A DNA stretch of 64,000 nt from Novakomyces olei (GCA_016906335.1 JADEYG010000003.1:1426001-1490000); one strand, 5' to 3'. Numbered from the stretch's first letter, positions 8,550-19,639 are shown. Translations and numbers: made by a program. The notes: generated by a model not told the origin, from the letters alone.

Positions 8550-11500
8550 AGCCCTGCCTGAGTCTGCCAGAAGGGCGTAGTATCGTACACCATAGATTAT
8601 CGTTTTACTTGTCACCGTCACCGTTATATTCTCCTCACTTGACTATTCCCGTATTGATTGAAGCACCCGGAGGTCAGCGCAAAGTTACTGCAATGATTGA
8701 CTCCGGCGCGACTTCAAATTTTGCTGATTTGGATTTTATCCGGAAATTACATATCCCTACCACTCGTAAGGATACACCGGAAACTGTTACTGTATTTGAT
8801 GGAAGCGAAGCGTCTTCCGGAGCTATTGTGAGACACACGGAACCAATTCGGATGCACACCACCGAAGTTCCAGGCCATAGCGAAGAGATACAGTTTAACT
8901 TGATGAAGATTGGAAATTATCCGATAGTTCTAGGCCGGCCGTGGCTAGATCTACACAACCCGGATATTGATTGGACGAGCTCACGGATTGAGTTTACGTC
9001 GAAGTTCTGCAGAAGACTATGTTTGAGCGGCCCAATGCCAGAGGTAGGATTGGTGTCAGCGGCAGTGTTTAAGAGATTGTTCAAAGATGGCCAGAGTGGG
9101 TCTCTTTGTGTGTATGGAACCGAGCAGCAAGAGGCGCCGGTTGCCGAAGAATTACAGAAAGTACCGGAAAGTTATGAGGACTTCCGAGAGTTATTTGATA
9201 AGAAGAGTGCGAGTCGCCTCCCGGACCACAAGGCGTGGGACCACGCTATACCCCTAAGTGACGGAGCACATCCTCCCCACGGGCCAATATATGCGTTGTC
9301 GGAACCGGAACTTAAGGCACTACGCGAGTATTTGGCAGAAAGCCTGGAGAAAGGTTTTATTCGGCATTCGTCTAGTCCGGCTGGAGCGCCGATATTATTC
9401 GTAAAGAAAAAGGACGGATCGTTACGATTATGCGTAGACTACCGAGGACTCAATGCGGTTACAATAAAGAATCGGTACGCTCTTCCGCTAATCTCGGAGT
9501 TGTTGGACCGAGTTCGTACCTCGCGCGTTTTTACGAAACTAGACTTGAGAGGAGCTTATAATCTAGTGCGTATTAAAAGGGGTGACGAATGGAAGACGGC
9601 CTTCCGCACAAGATACGGTCACTTTGAGTATCAAGTGATGCCGTTTGGCTTAACGAACGCTCCGGCGTCGTTTCAAGCGCTGGTGAATGACGTTTTAAGG
9701 CCATGCCTAGACCAGTATGCAGTGGTATACTTGGATGACATTTTGATATACTCAGAGAACGAGGAAGATCATGTGAAGCACGTACGAGACGTGTTGGAGA
9801 GGCTCAGAGAAGCAAGCCTATATGTGAAATTGGAAAAGTGCGAGTTTAATGTTACTCAGACGCAGTTCCTGGGTTTCGTAATAAGCACTGAGGGCGTTAA
9901 AATGGACCCCGGGAAGGTGGAGGCAGTACGGAGCTGGCCGACCCCGAAGACTCAGCGAGACTTGTTAGCATTCCTAGGTTTTGCAAACTTCTATCGGCGG
10001 TTTATACAAAACTACAGCAAAATCTGTCAGCCTCTGACCGCGTTATTGAAGAAAGATCGGGATTTCAAATGGACCGAAGCCACCGAATCAGCGTTTCAGG
10101 AACTAAAGTCGACATTCCTGCAAGCGCCGATATTACGATACTTCGATCCGGACCGACTGTCAGTAGTTGAGACTGACGCGTCCGATTATGCAGTCGCCGG
10201 TGTGATATCACAAAAGGACGACGAAGGTAATCTAAGACCAGTGTCATTTTACTCGAGGAAAATGACCCCTGCGGAATTGAATTACGAAATATATGATAAG
10301 GAGATGTTAGCGATTATAGTCTGTTTGAAGGAGTGGCGTGTATATTTGGAAGGACCTAAGCATCGGACGACAATTCTCACCGATCACCGGAACCTTCAGC
10401 ATTTTACGACGTCAAAACACTTAAATCGACGACAAGTGCGATGGCACCAGATGCTAGCCTCGTACGATTTCGTAATTACGTACAGAGCTGGAGTTAAGAA
10501 TGGAAAGGCAGATGCCTTAACGAGAAGACCGGATTATCAGACAGATCCAAAGACAGAAGAAGCGAGGCTGGAACCGCTTTTGAGATCAGACCAATTATGT
10601 ATGGTCGCCGATACTACAAATGATAAATCGGATCTAAATGAACGAACTTTACGAAGTTACGGAAAGGACAAATCGTGTCGCGAAATCATAAAGGATTTAG
10701 AACAGCCAGAACGTCCTCCGCATTTACGACATTACCGGATGGAAGATTCGGGACTTGTGTTAATGAACGGACTGATAGTTGTCCCAAACGACAAAGATTT
10801 GAGATTAGAAATACTACGGCGAAATCACGACTCTAGAACTGCTGGTCACAGAGGCCGAGCAAAGACGTTAGAGTTGATATCGCGTGATTACTACTGGCCG
10901 CGGATGGCGCAGTATGTTAAAGACTATGTGGATTCTTGCGAGGTATGCAATATGACAAAGCCTACGAGGCACCGACCTATTGGGAAATTAGACCCATTGC
11001 CTATACCTTCGGAGCCGTGGAAGTCAATCAGTATGGACTTCATCGTGAAACTCCCGAGAAGTTCAGACCCCACGACAAAGAGTACATATGATTCAATATG
11101 GGTAGTCGTCGACAGATTAACCAAGATGGCCCATTTCGTGCCGTGCAATGAGACCATTACGGCACCGGAATTAGCAATGTTATTTGTCAAGCACATATTT
11201 TCTGTACACGGCCTTCCGGAAAATATAGTTACTGATCGTGGTTCCGTATTTACGTCGAACTTTATACGAAACTTATGTGCAGAGGTGGAAGTCGAACAGA
11301 ATTTGACAACGGCATTTCATCCGCAATCGGACGGACAAACGGAGAGAGTCAATCAGATTCTGGAACAGTACCTTCGGCAATACTGTAACTACAGCCAGGA
11401 TGATTGGGTAGCCCTCTTGCCATTGGCATCTTTTGCGTATAATAACACGATACAAGCTTCTACCAAAATGACGCCTTTTTACGCAAATTACGGTTATCAT

Positions 11501-12097
11501 CCGAGACACCGATTTACAGTAAAGTTTCGGAACAGCCCATCGGTAACAGACCGAATAGAATGGTTGCAAACCGTGAGACCGGTATTAAAGGCGGAGCTTA
11601 TGAAAGCTACGTCGGACCAGGCCAAATATGCCGATCGATACCGCCTAGATCACAAGTTTACCGTTGGCGATAAGGTTTGGCTTGACGCAAGGAACATTAC
11701 GACCACACGGCCGACAAAGAAATTGGACTACCGTCGACTAGGCCCATTCCAAATTAAAAAGTCAGTTGGGAACAGAGCGTTCGAATTGGAACTACCGCCG
11801 CAAATGCGAATTCACCCGGTATTCCATATGAACTTATTGGAACCTTGTCGAGTTCCGACTCTGTTAAAACGGCCTAGCAATCCTCCGGAACCTCCGACTA
11901 TCGTAGGGAACGAAGAAGAATACGAGGTGGAGAAGGTGTTGGCGCGACGTACTCGCCGTGGCCGAACTGAGTATTTAATACATTGGAAAGGTTACCCAGT
12001 CGCTGATCGGACGTGGGAACCCAAGCGAAATTTGGCTCATTGCCAAGATCTTATTATTGAATTCGAGAAAACTTACAAAAATACAAAAAATGTTTGA
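8423..12097 (+). CDS. pol: Pol of element C (PR-RT-RNaseH-IN-chromodomain), -1 frame relative to gag
   Basis: MIDSGAT; LDLRGAYNLVRI; YLDD; TDASD; TDRG; HPQSDGQTE; GPF; EYEVEKVL...YLIHWKGY...TWEP. Overlaps the gag end, so the real start is probably by frameshift. Confidence 0.97.
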   Translation: MRQAGSPSRGMPNIKPRLGTACRNCGDGRVLRGKRRGSGKILKPCLSLPEGRSIVHHRLSFYLSPSPLYSPHLTIPVLIEAPGGQRKVTAMIDSGATSNFADLDFIRKLHIPTTRKDTPETVTVFDGSEASSGAIVRHTEPIRMHTTEVPGHSEEIQFNLMKIGNYPIVLGRPWLDLHNPDIDWTSSRIEFTSKFCRRLCLSGPMPEVGLVSAAVFKRLFKDGQSGSLCVYGTEQQEAPVAEELQKVPESYEDFRELFDKKSASRLPDHKAWDHAIPLSDGAHPPHGPIYALSEPELKALREYLAESLEKGFIRHSSSPAGAPILFVKKKDGSLRLCVDYRGLNAVTIKNRYALPLISELLDRVRTSRVFTKLDLRGAYNLVRIKRGDEWKTAFRTRYGHFEYQVMPFGLTNAPASFQALVNDVLRPCLDQYAVVYLDDILIYSENEEDHVKHVRDVLERLREASLYVKLEKCEFNVTQTQFLGFVISTEGVKMDPGKVEAVRSWPTPKTQRDLLAFLGFANFYRRFIQNYSKICQPLTALLKKDRDFKWTEATESAFQELKSTFLQAPILRYFDPDRLSVVETDASDYAVAGVISQKDDEGNLRPVSFYSRKMTPAELNYEIYDKEMLAIIVCLKEWRVYLEGPKHRTTILTDHRNLQHFTTSKHLNRRQVRWHQMLASYDFVITYRAGVKNGKADALTRRPDYQTDPKTEEARLEPLLRSDQLCMVADTTNDKSDLNERTLRSYGKDKSCREIIKDLEQPERPPHLRHYRMEDSGLVLMNGLIVVPNDKDLRLEILRRNHDSRTAGHRGRAKTLELISRDYYWPRMAQYVKDYVDSCEVCNMTKPTRHRPIGKLDPLPIPSEPWKSISMDFIVKLPRSSDPTTKSTYDSIWVVVDRLTKMAHFVPCNETITAPELAMLFVKHIFSVHGLPENIVTDRGSVFTSNFIRNLCAEVEVEQNLTTAFHPQSDGQTERVNQILEQYLRQYCNYSQDDWVALLPLASFAYNNTIQASTKMTPFYANYGYHPRHRFTVKFRNSPSVTDRIEWLQTVRPVLKAELMKATSDQAKYADRYRLDHKFTVGDKVWLDARNITTTRPTKKLDYRRLGPFQIKKSVGNRAFELELPPQMRIHPVFHMNLLEPCRVPTLLKRPSNPPEPPTIVGNEEEYEVEKVLARRTRRGRTEYLIHWKGYPVADRTWEPKRNLAHCQDLIIEFEKTYKNTKNV

Positions 12098-12332
12098 GTG
12101 ATTTAATTGGTTTTATTGTGATTTACGAAGCTCAACCTGTTGCGACCGCCTAACTCAACTTAGTGCGTGTTCGATTCTTTTAAGGGGGGGGTAGCGCCCA
12201 GTTCAAAAGCATCTCACCCGCCCGACTTATTTTACTATTGTTGTTCCTTTTGCTATTGTCTATTAGCGCCTACAAAGTACCGAGATGCCGAGATTCCTCC
12301 GATCGGGAGCTCGGAGCTGAGAGGGGGCATCC

Positions 12333-12712
12333 TGTGATGATCGGCTGTTCGGAGGCTCGGGCCTCCGGCTTTCTTATAGATGGTTCGTAGTTTGTTCGGA
12401 CCGAAGTCCCGATTACGGACTTCGGTAGTTTATAGTTGTTTAGATTAGTTTTAGTTACGAAGTTCCGTATCGGAACTTCGGCGTAAGCGGTAACTCCGGT
12501 AGTCCGGTAGGGTTCGGGGTTACACGCAATTAGGGTAGAACGTTTACTTAGCAGTAGTGACTGCGAAGTAAACAAAGTATATAGGCTAGCGTGAAGAGCT
12601 TCCGCTCTTCACGGGTTAACTTAATATATTTTCTTCCTTCATATTTGTGTTTGTGTTACTTGTAATCCCTCTTCGGCCTAGAGTGCCTACAGTGTCCTGG
12701 GCGTTTTTTACA
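12333..12712 (+). repeat. 3' LTR of element C
   Basis: Direct repeat of 6978-7357, followed by TSD CTTCA. Confidence 0.98.
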
Positions 12713-14021
12713 CTTCAGGAAAAGTGACAGGCAATTCGTCCTGAATTAGATCGTTTCCGATAAGAAGTGAAGGCGAAGCATCTCTCCTGGGTTTCATTTC
12801 CCTGACATTCGGTTGCCTTTGAGGGCAGTTCGAAGCGTAATGCCCTCGGCGATTACAATTAAAACAAGTGGGAGTCCAAGTTTCTTTCCTGTATTTTACG
12901 ACTTTTTGATCTTCTGCTAATGTTTTGTTATTGTTAGCAAAACGGACGGTGGTTTGCGGCTGATGTTTATAGGTCGGCACCGTTGTCTGACGGTGGTCGT
13001 ACGGTTTTGCCGCTTTGATGATGCGTTGTAAGTTGGGACATTTGTCTGGACCGAGGAAGTACGCAATTTGAGCGTTGAGTCCCGCTCTATAAAGTTCGGC
13101 CAGTGCCGTGTCGTCGTCAATGTTTAATCGTACGACGAGGCTGCGGAACTGTGCAGTATATTCTGACAACGGCATGTGGCCTTGTTGGAGATGCTTTAGC
13201 TTTTTGAAGTCGTGGTAAAAATTAAAGTCCTCTGGGAAGGTTTCAAAAAAGATTTGTTTAAAGGCGTCCCAAGTTTCGAGGGCTTCGTGGCGACTCAGCA
13301 TCATCGATTTATACCACTTTGCAGCAGTGCCTCGCAAGTACGGTGCCAGACATTTAGGTATCAAATCAAGATCCGTTTGTTCTGTCATAGTGCCAACCGT
13401 TATTGAGTCAATAAATTCGGTCGGCGAGTCCTGCCCATTGCCAGTAAACTTAAGGTCAAAAATCTGTCTTTGCAACAAATTCGATGTGCTTGCATAAGTT
13501 CCTTTGTCGTTGATTTGCGAAGGGGGTTTTCTACCCGTCGACGCTGTATCTTGACGTTGGGCTCCTGTGGCAGGCCCAGGATACGAGGAATATTCGAATT
13601 CTTGCTCTTGAACAGATTTGGCAAGTGCACTTCGAGCATCCTTAATGTCTCCCGATAGCGGTCCGGTGTCTTGACTTGGACTGTTACTTGTTGCCATCAG
13701 TAAAAGGCGGCTGACGTCTTCAACCGTGGCTTGCAGCGCCTTGATCCCTTCTGCATTTGCTAGGGTCATGGCTTCGAGATTGCTCATTTTCGTCCTTTGC
13801 TCTTCAGCAAAAGACTGATGGTTTCGATTTATTTGGTTAATTCTTCCATCCAAAATACTAATGAAGTCTCTAGAGGGTACGTGTCGCGCGGGTTGAACTT
13901 GCGACGATGGGTTCGAATAACCCATCGTGGGCGTGTTTCGACCGCTGTTTGTTTCCGTTGCGGGATGTTGGGTTGAATTATCCCCCGGTAGGTTGTCTTC
14001 TCTTTGCGTGGGATTGTCCAT
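12713..14021 (-). CDS. gag: Gag of element B (originally in frame with pol; cut by element C)
   Basis: KFTGNG..SPTEFI, YLRGTAAKWY, LQQG..LSEYTAQF, CFNCNRRGHYASNC. Removing C and one TSD gives ...VTFPEEKDSPTLDSINLLFSNTRNGQKVTANAILDTGS in one frame. Confidence 0.93.
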
Positions 14022-14052
14022 GCTGTTTAGAAGGTTTGTAGAGCGAGGTACA

Positions 14053-14444
14053 TGTTACGGTGCGCTATATGAGGCGCTAGCTAGCGCTGAAGATAGCGCT
14101 TTTACATCCTTTAATTTGTTTTGTTTCACTTTATTTTGAGTTACGACTTTTATTTTTAATTAGTTCTATTTAAAACTCTTAGCTTCTATTTTTAGATAGC
14201 AACTTAGTTAGTTTAATTAGTTTAGTTTGATTAGTTTCTCGGGAAAAGCCCCACGGAGCGTCATAAGAATGGGACACTCCCCTCTTATGTTCGCTACGTG
14301 TAATCAAATCTTGGTGTGCAATATTTTGGTTTTCTATTACTAGGTTCCCTACTTTCCACGTATCCTCAACAGAGCCAGCGTGAGATCTGGCATATTCACC
14401 TTATTGCACCTTTACGACTTTTTGGAAGTAAAGCCCCCATAACA
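14053..14444 (+). mobile_element. Solo LTR (392 bp) inserted in the 5' UTR of element B
   Basis: TGTTA...TAACA termini flanked by 5-bp direct repeat GTACA (14048-14052 and 14445-14449); its 3' part (GCCAGCGTGAGATCTGGC...CCCCCATAACA) resembles the element A LTR end (GCCAACGTGTGATCTTGGC...CCCCCTAACA). Confidence 0.85.
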
Positions 14445-14711
14445 GTACACTTGTCTCGCAGAGGCTTCGCGCCTTTAGTATTGATTGTTGACTAAGGTTT
14501 CAGCACCTTAGGAAGCTGCAGTAATCGGGGTTTCTTAATGTAGTTTTTGAGGTTTCAGCACCTTCAAATATCGAGTGTAATCGAAGTTTCACAGCCTTAA
14601 TACAATTCGAGTTGCAACTCCTCCTCGAGGAGTAAATAATAATCAATGGTCCCTTCGGGGCACCACTTTAACAATAATTTTTCGTTAATCGTATCGCAGT
14701 AACGCCTGCGG

Positions 14712-14722
14712 AGAGTAGTTAA
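14712..14722 (-). other. Self-priming primer binding site of element B
   Basis: Minus-strand TTAACTACTCT, 3 nt from the LTR, is complementary to minus-strand AGAGTAGTTAA inside the LTR (14798-14808). Confidence 0.8.
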
Positions 14723-14725
14723 AGC

Positions 14726-15002
14726 TGTTAGCGGTTGATCTTCGTGATCGCGCGCTGGACTGGGCAAGAATAGATAGTAATAGAATCAATTCAAGAATTA
14801 ACTACTCTGCCCTCAAGGGGGTCAGAGGCATCTATTTTTACTATGTGAGAAACAAAGAACAAGGAACGAGGCGAACGGAATAAAGGGATAACAAGGTGTT
14901 CCCTTGAGGACAAGGGACAAGGCCTTATCACAAGGAGCAAAGCGTTGTCCTTGTACAAGGTAAAAGGTAAAAGGTAATTATTGCCTATATAGGAAGCAAG
15001 GT
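14726..15002 (-). repeat. 5' LTR of element B, lacking its outer 15 bp
   Basis: Matches 3618-3894 except at 14838; AGCATAGTACTTACA is absent and the satellite follows directly. Confidence 0.93.
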
Positions 15003-15512
15003 TTATATTATATTATATTATATTATATTATATTATATTATATTATATTATATTATATTATATTATATTATATTATATTATATTATATTATATTATATTA
15101 TATTATATTATATTATATTATATTATATTATATTATATTATATTATATTATATTATATTATATTATATTATATTATATTATATTATATTATATTATATTA
15201 TATTATATTATATTATATTATATTATATTATATTATATTATATTATATTATATTATATTATATTATATTATATTATATTATATTATATTATATTATTATA
15301 TTATATTATATTATATTATATTATATTATATTATATTATATTATATTATATTATATTATATTATATTATATTATATTATATTATATTATATTATATTATA
15401 TTATATTATATTATATTATATTATATTATATTATATTATATTATATTATATTATATTATATTATATTATATTATATTATATTATATATATTATATTATAC
15501 TATATTATATTA
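15003..15512. repeat. (TATAT)n pentanucleotide satellite, about 0.5 kb
   Basis: Near-perfect tandem array; same unit as 3576-3617. Confidence 0.98.
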
Positions 15513-15860
15513 TGTATGTATCTTTGTGGTTCTAAATCTTGACATTAATATAATTCAGATAGAACTAGAATGCAAGCCATTTAAGCTTCTCCCTGTCATC
15601 AGAAGACTTGAAGCATTTAGTCAACGGAAGCAGAGGTGGATTTGATTTTTGAGAATAATTATTGGCTCCCAATCAATCCCAACACCTTAAATTTAGTGAA
15701 TTTGTCCCTCAAAATTTGAACTCCATGCGCCGCCTTTTTGACGTGCTCCTTTCATAATAAAATCATAGATAAAGTAATGCATCCAAGTCATGTATAAAAA
15801 ATTAAGCAGAGGTTGCAGCACAGTGGCAAAACTTGCCCTCAGACAAAACTTGGTTACGGA

Positions 15861-16666
15861 ATGGATGATTATTCATCAGACAGGTATTTCTGGTTAGACA
15901 TTTCACAATCTTCTGATAACATAGTAGCTCTGAGAACTCGTGGAAATGGATCAACTGGTTCCTTTCAATAAAGGGGAACGAGTTTTTCTGCAAGATTGAG
16001 GAAGAGTATATTTTGGATCGCTTTAACTTGACGGGCTTGAACACCGAAGTTACTAACTACCAAACGGCTCTTAATATTATAATCGATCAATTTGGTTGGT
16101 AGCTTAGTTGGCGCAAGCCATGCGAAATAAGTCTAATTTTTGTTGCAGATCAGGAAGTATCTGAACAAGTTCATGATACGCTCGAGAGAAACGCTCGTCA
16201 TTTATATGGCTTGATTCATGCCCGCTATATAACGACGTCTTCAGGGATCTCCAAAATGGTTTCAAAGTTTAGGGCGGGAGATTTTGGACGATGCCCACGA
16301 GTATTATGTTATGGACAGCAATTATTTCCAGTCGGTTTGTCAGATGTTCCTTATGAAGACTCGGTCAAATTATACTGTCCTCGTTGCGAGGATGTCTATT
16401 TGCCCAAATCACAGCGTCACGCAAACATTGACGGCGCCTATTTTGGTACCACTTTCCCTCATATGCTTCTGCTCCATTGCCCAATGGCATTGCCCGAGAA
16501 AATACCGGAACGATACGAACCCCGCATCTTTGGTTTTAAAGTCCATGAAAGCGCCGTCATTCATCGGAAGCAAGATGCTTTACGTATTAAACAACAAGAA
16601 AGACTTCAGAAATACTCTGAATCCGAAGAACGGGAAAAGTTACAAACACTTGAATCCATAAAATAA
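15861..16666 (+). CDS. ckb1: Casein kinase II regulatory beta subunit (3 exons)
   Basis: WINWFLSIKGNEFFC, DRFNLTGL, GLIHARYI, FGRCPRVLC, VKLYCPRCEDVY, IDGAYFGTTFPH; introns about 15884-15924 and 16095-16148. Confidence 0.95.
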
Positions 16667-16706
16667 TTGCGTGGAGGATATTGCTCCTTTTATGTCATTG
16701 ATCTAT

Positions 16707-19639
16707 TTACGGGGTGTTGATTTTTCCAAGTACATTTTTCAATGTTTTGCCTGTACCTATATTCGAATGTTAGTATCTTCTTGTCACAGCGTTAATTTTA
16801 GAACTCACTGTCAATTGAAATAAGGAACCTGCATAATTCCATGCAGAGCTTCCAATCTTTCTTCTCTTTCGCCATGTTTAGAAGTATGATTGTTTCCTTG
16901 ATAATATTTAGTAAAATGTCACCTTTATCAGATTATCTTACATCGTCAATAGGCTCGTTTTCAAGCGTGCTGATAATGAGCAAAAAGTTCCCCGCAGTTT
17001 TCAACTTCCCTTGATTGACGCATTCAAAGAATAGAGCTTTTGGGCTACCGAGGAAGCTAAACAAATATTTCCACGTCGAAACTTCGTTTTTCCGTGTACA
17101 TTGCACAATTATGTCGAGGAACTCGGGAAACTGCTTCAACAGCCACACAACTTTTGGCAGGCGTGAATTCTGCTGCGTCAAAGGGAACGCACTGTCATGC
17201 TTGGTTTCTTGTTCCAACACCTGATGCAAAAGCATTTCTAAAAAATGTGAAAAATATTGAAAGTCTTGATATCCTCTGGCGAGATAAAAAGCCTTTGTAC
17301 CCATATCTTCGTCAATAACCGTCTTCAATATACAGGGCAATACGGGCTTGATACGATTTTCTAGTCTATAAAGTCTCATTCCGCCCAACTTCCTCGTTAA
17401 TGAACTTGATTCGACTCCAAACACAACACCTCTATCCATGAGACATGATAATACATAAAAATCTGTCTCGAGGACAAATGGATTTGGAACTGACGAAGCT
17501 GGCCAAACTTCTGCAAGCGAAGGCCATATAATGACTTGCTCGCCGTCAAAGGCCCATAAAATGCTGCCCAGTAAATCGTTGGTCATGGAAGACTGCACCG
17601 AAGCATATTCTATGTTTTCTGCCAAGACCTTACGCTTCAAACCTTGTTCTCCGCGTTTCAGCAACAGCAAGTTTCCATCAACGAGAATGACAATTACAGC
17701 ATTGTTTAGATCATCTTTTGGATGACCCTCACCAAGCTGTTTTTCCGGTAAAATCCAGGAGACATACCTGATTCTGTTTGGTGTGCGCACGACAGACGCA
17801 AAGCTAAAGTTACCAAAATAAACAAGTTTAATCGTCCCCTCAAGATCAACAATATGGTATTGCAAAAGCTCATTCGAGTTCAATAAAACTAAAAGTGTTG
17901 AGTCCTCAACAGTAGTATGCAGTATTGGAAACGAAAATTGCTCAATTTCAATGCTGTTCGAGCCATCCAAATCATGGGACCGAGAAAATGCTCGCAACTC
18001 GTAATTTCCTCCGTTTTCCATGGCAACAATTAGATAATGGTCGTACCAAGCCATTCCACCCATAACAGTGATTCTGCTCTGAAATTCTTCGTCAGAAAAA
18101 AAATTCCATCTCTTGCTGCGCACTGAATAATGAGCAAATCCACGGGTGCCAGCAATAGCAACCAGAGACCCATCTTCGTTTACAGACTGTAGCCTCAATG
18201 GCCAAAACTTTTCGACATACGATTGAGGAAGAGGGATGGCAGTCCAATGTGAGGCTTCCGGAGAAGTGGCAAATCGCACATTGTTCAGTGATTGACTGAG
18301 ATACAGCGAGTGTCCAGTTATAATCATACTCAAGGCTGTATTGCAATTATTCATACAAGATGTCATTGTGTTACGAGCAAAAGGTAGCACGCACAATCTT
18401 CTGTTAGTAGATCCTCGCAATATAATTAAGTTCATCGAATCGTAACTCCAGACAGCATTGTGAATTTGAAGATCTCCCATATCGTTGGACTCTGGCTCGG
18501 GCCAACTGCTTCTCAATCCCGTCATACACCCAAATACAGACCAAACTGCCCAATTCCGTTCAAAACCAACAAACAATACATATCCATCGCGCGACCAAGA
18601 CAGGCATGTGCATGAGCCGCTCTGCGGCAGTTCCAAGACTTTAATACAGGAAAACTTTCCTTGATAATCTTTAATCGAATACAAATATACGTGACCTTTT
18701 TTTGTTGCAACAGCAATAAGAGAAAACGCTGCATTTATTTGCGCACAGATTGCGTGGTCACCATCGGGTAGAATCACTGGATCGTGAATAAGGTAAACAG
18801 TCTTCATATCGTCATAAATAACAGAATTGCGACCAGAATGACAATAAAAAACTCGTCCGTCTCTGAGAACTGTGACCAATATACTCATAGCACTGTCGTA
18901 TTCGACAAAAACTATTCGGCTATTCGCTTCCAGGGCCGATTCCTTTTCAGACGCCTGCTGATAAATGCTTTCGAAATCGACAACACTTTTCAGACTCAAA
19001 CTTTGCCAATCATACCACCGCATCTCGTTGACGACATTTAGACCAAGAAAAGAATCCAGAGCAGCTATGGACGTGACGTTACCAATGTCGCGAATTACGC
19101 GCTCTAAACGGGCTTTTAATCGAGATCTTGAGAACCATTCGCGGACACCGTCGTTGCCTGCACGGCGTAGTGCGGCCCGTGTCGTGTTTGACATCCGCAG
19201 AGTCGGTTCATTAACCATTTCGACTCGTATTGAATAGCATAGAATTGAATTGCTTGACGTCAGAACCGTGATTGTATCAGAGCACGGACGGCAAGCAATT
19301 TGGACATTTTCGCCAAGCGTCTCGAGTGTTGATGGATGCCTCTCGACCCGACCAATGAGAGACCATGACTATGCAATAATCACCTTGTTAGCTTTCGAGC
19401 AAATTAAGAGAAAAAGACGATTGAAGAGTTGAATTGAGATTGCCAGTGGCTTATTTGCAATCAATGATTGAATGCGCCTTTGAAATTACCTTTGCGTCCC
19501 ACACAGAAAACCCCCTTGGCTCTAGAGTCACAAAGCAACGTCCACTCAGGCTTTGAATCAAACAGATAATCTTCTGACTCCCGGATTCGGCCCATGCCGG
19601 ATTCGACAATGTACTAGGCGAGCCGCACGGCCAATACAT
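16707..19639 (-). CDS. ric1: Ric1 subunit of the Ypt6/Rab6 GEF complex (spliced)
   Basis: MYWPCGSP N-terminus; VAIAGTRGFAHYS; FSHFLEMLLHQVL; IIVQCTRKNEVSTWKYLF; WKLCMELCRFL in a small 3' exon. Confidence 0.9.

Larger units (their letters stand above)
6978..12712 (+). mobile_element. Element C: full-length, apparently intact Ty3/gypsy chromovirus (5735 bp) nested in element B
   Basis: 380-bp LTRs at 6978-7357 and 12333-12712 (TGT...ACA, one C/T difference seen); 5-bp TSD CTTCA at 6973-6977 and 12713-12717; open gag and pol; PPT GAGAGGGGG at 12319-12327. Confidence 0.98.
3618..15002 (-). mobile_element. Element B: Ty3/gypsy LTR retrotransposon, disrupted by element C and a solo LTR
   Basis: Direct repeats 3618-3909 and 14726-15002 (one mismatch seen); minus-strand gag-PR-RT-RH-IN order; PPT at 3910-3928 (minus AGAAGTGGAAGGGGCAGGA). 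Confidence 0.95.

Noticed and set aside
15003-15512. Possible CRISPR or telomere array
   Set aside because: Pure pentamer without spacers, not G-rich, internal position, eukaryotic context.
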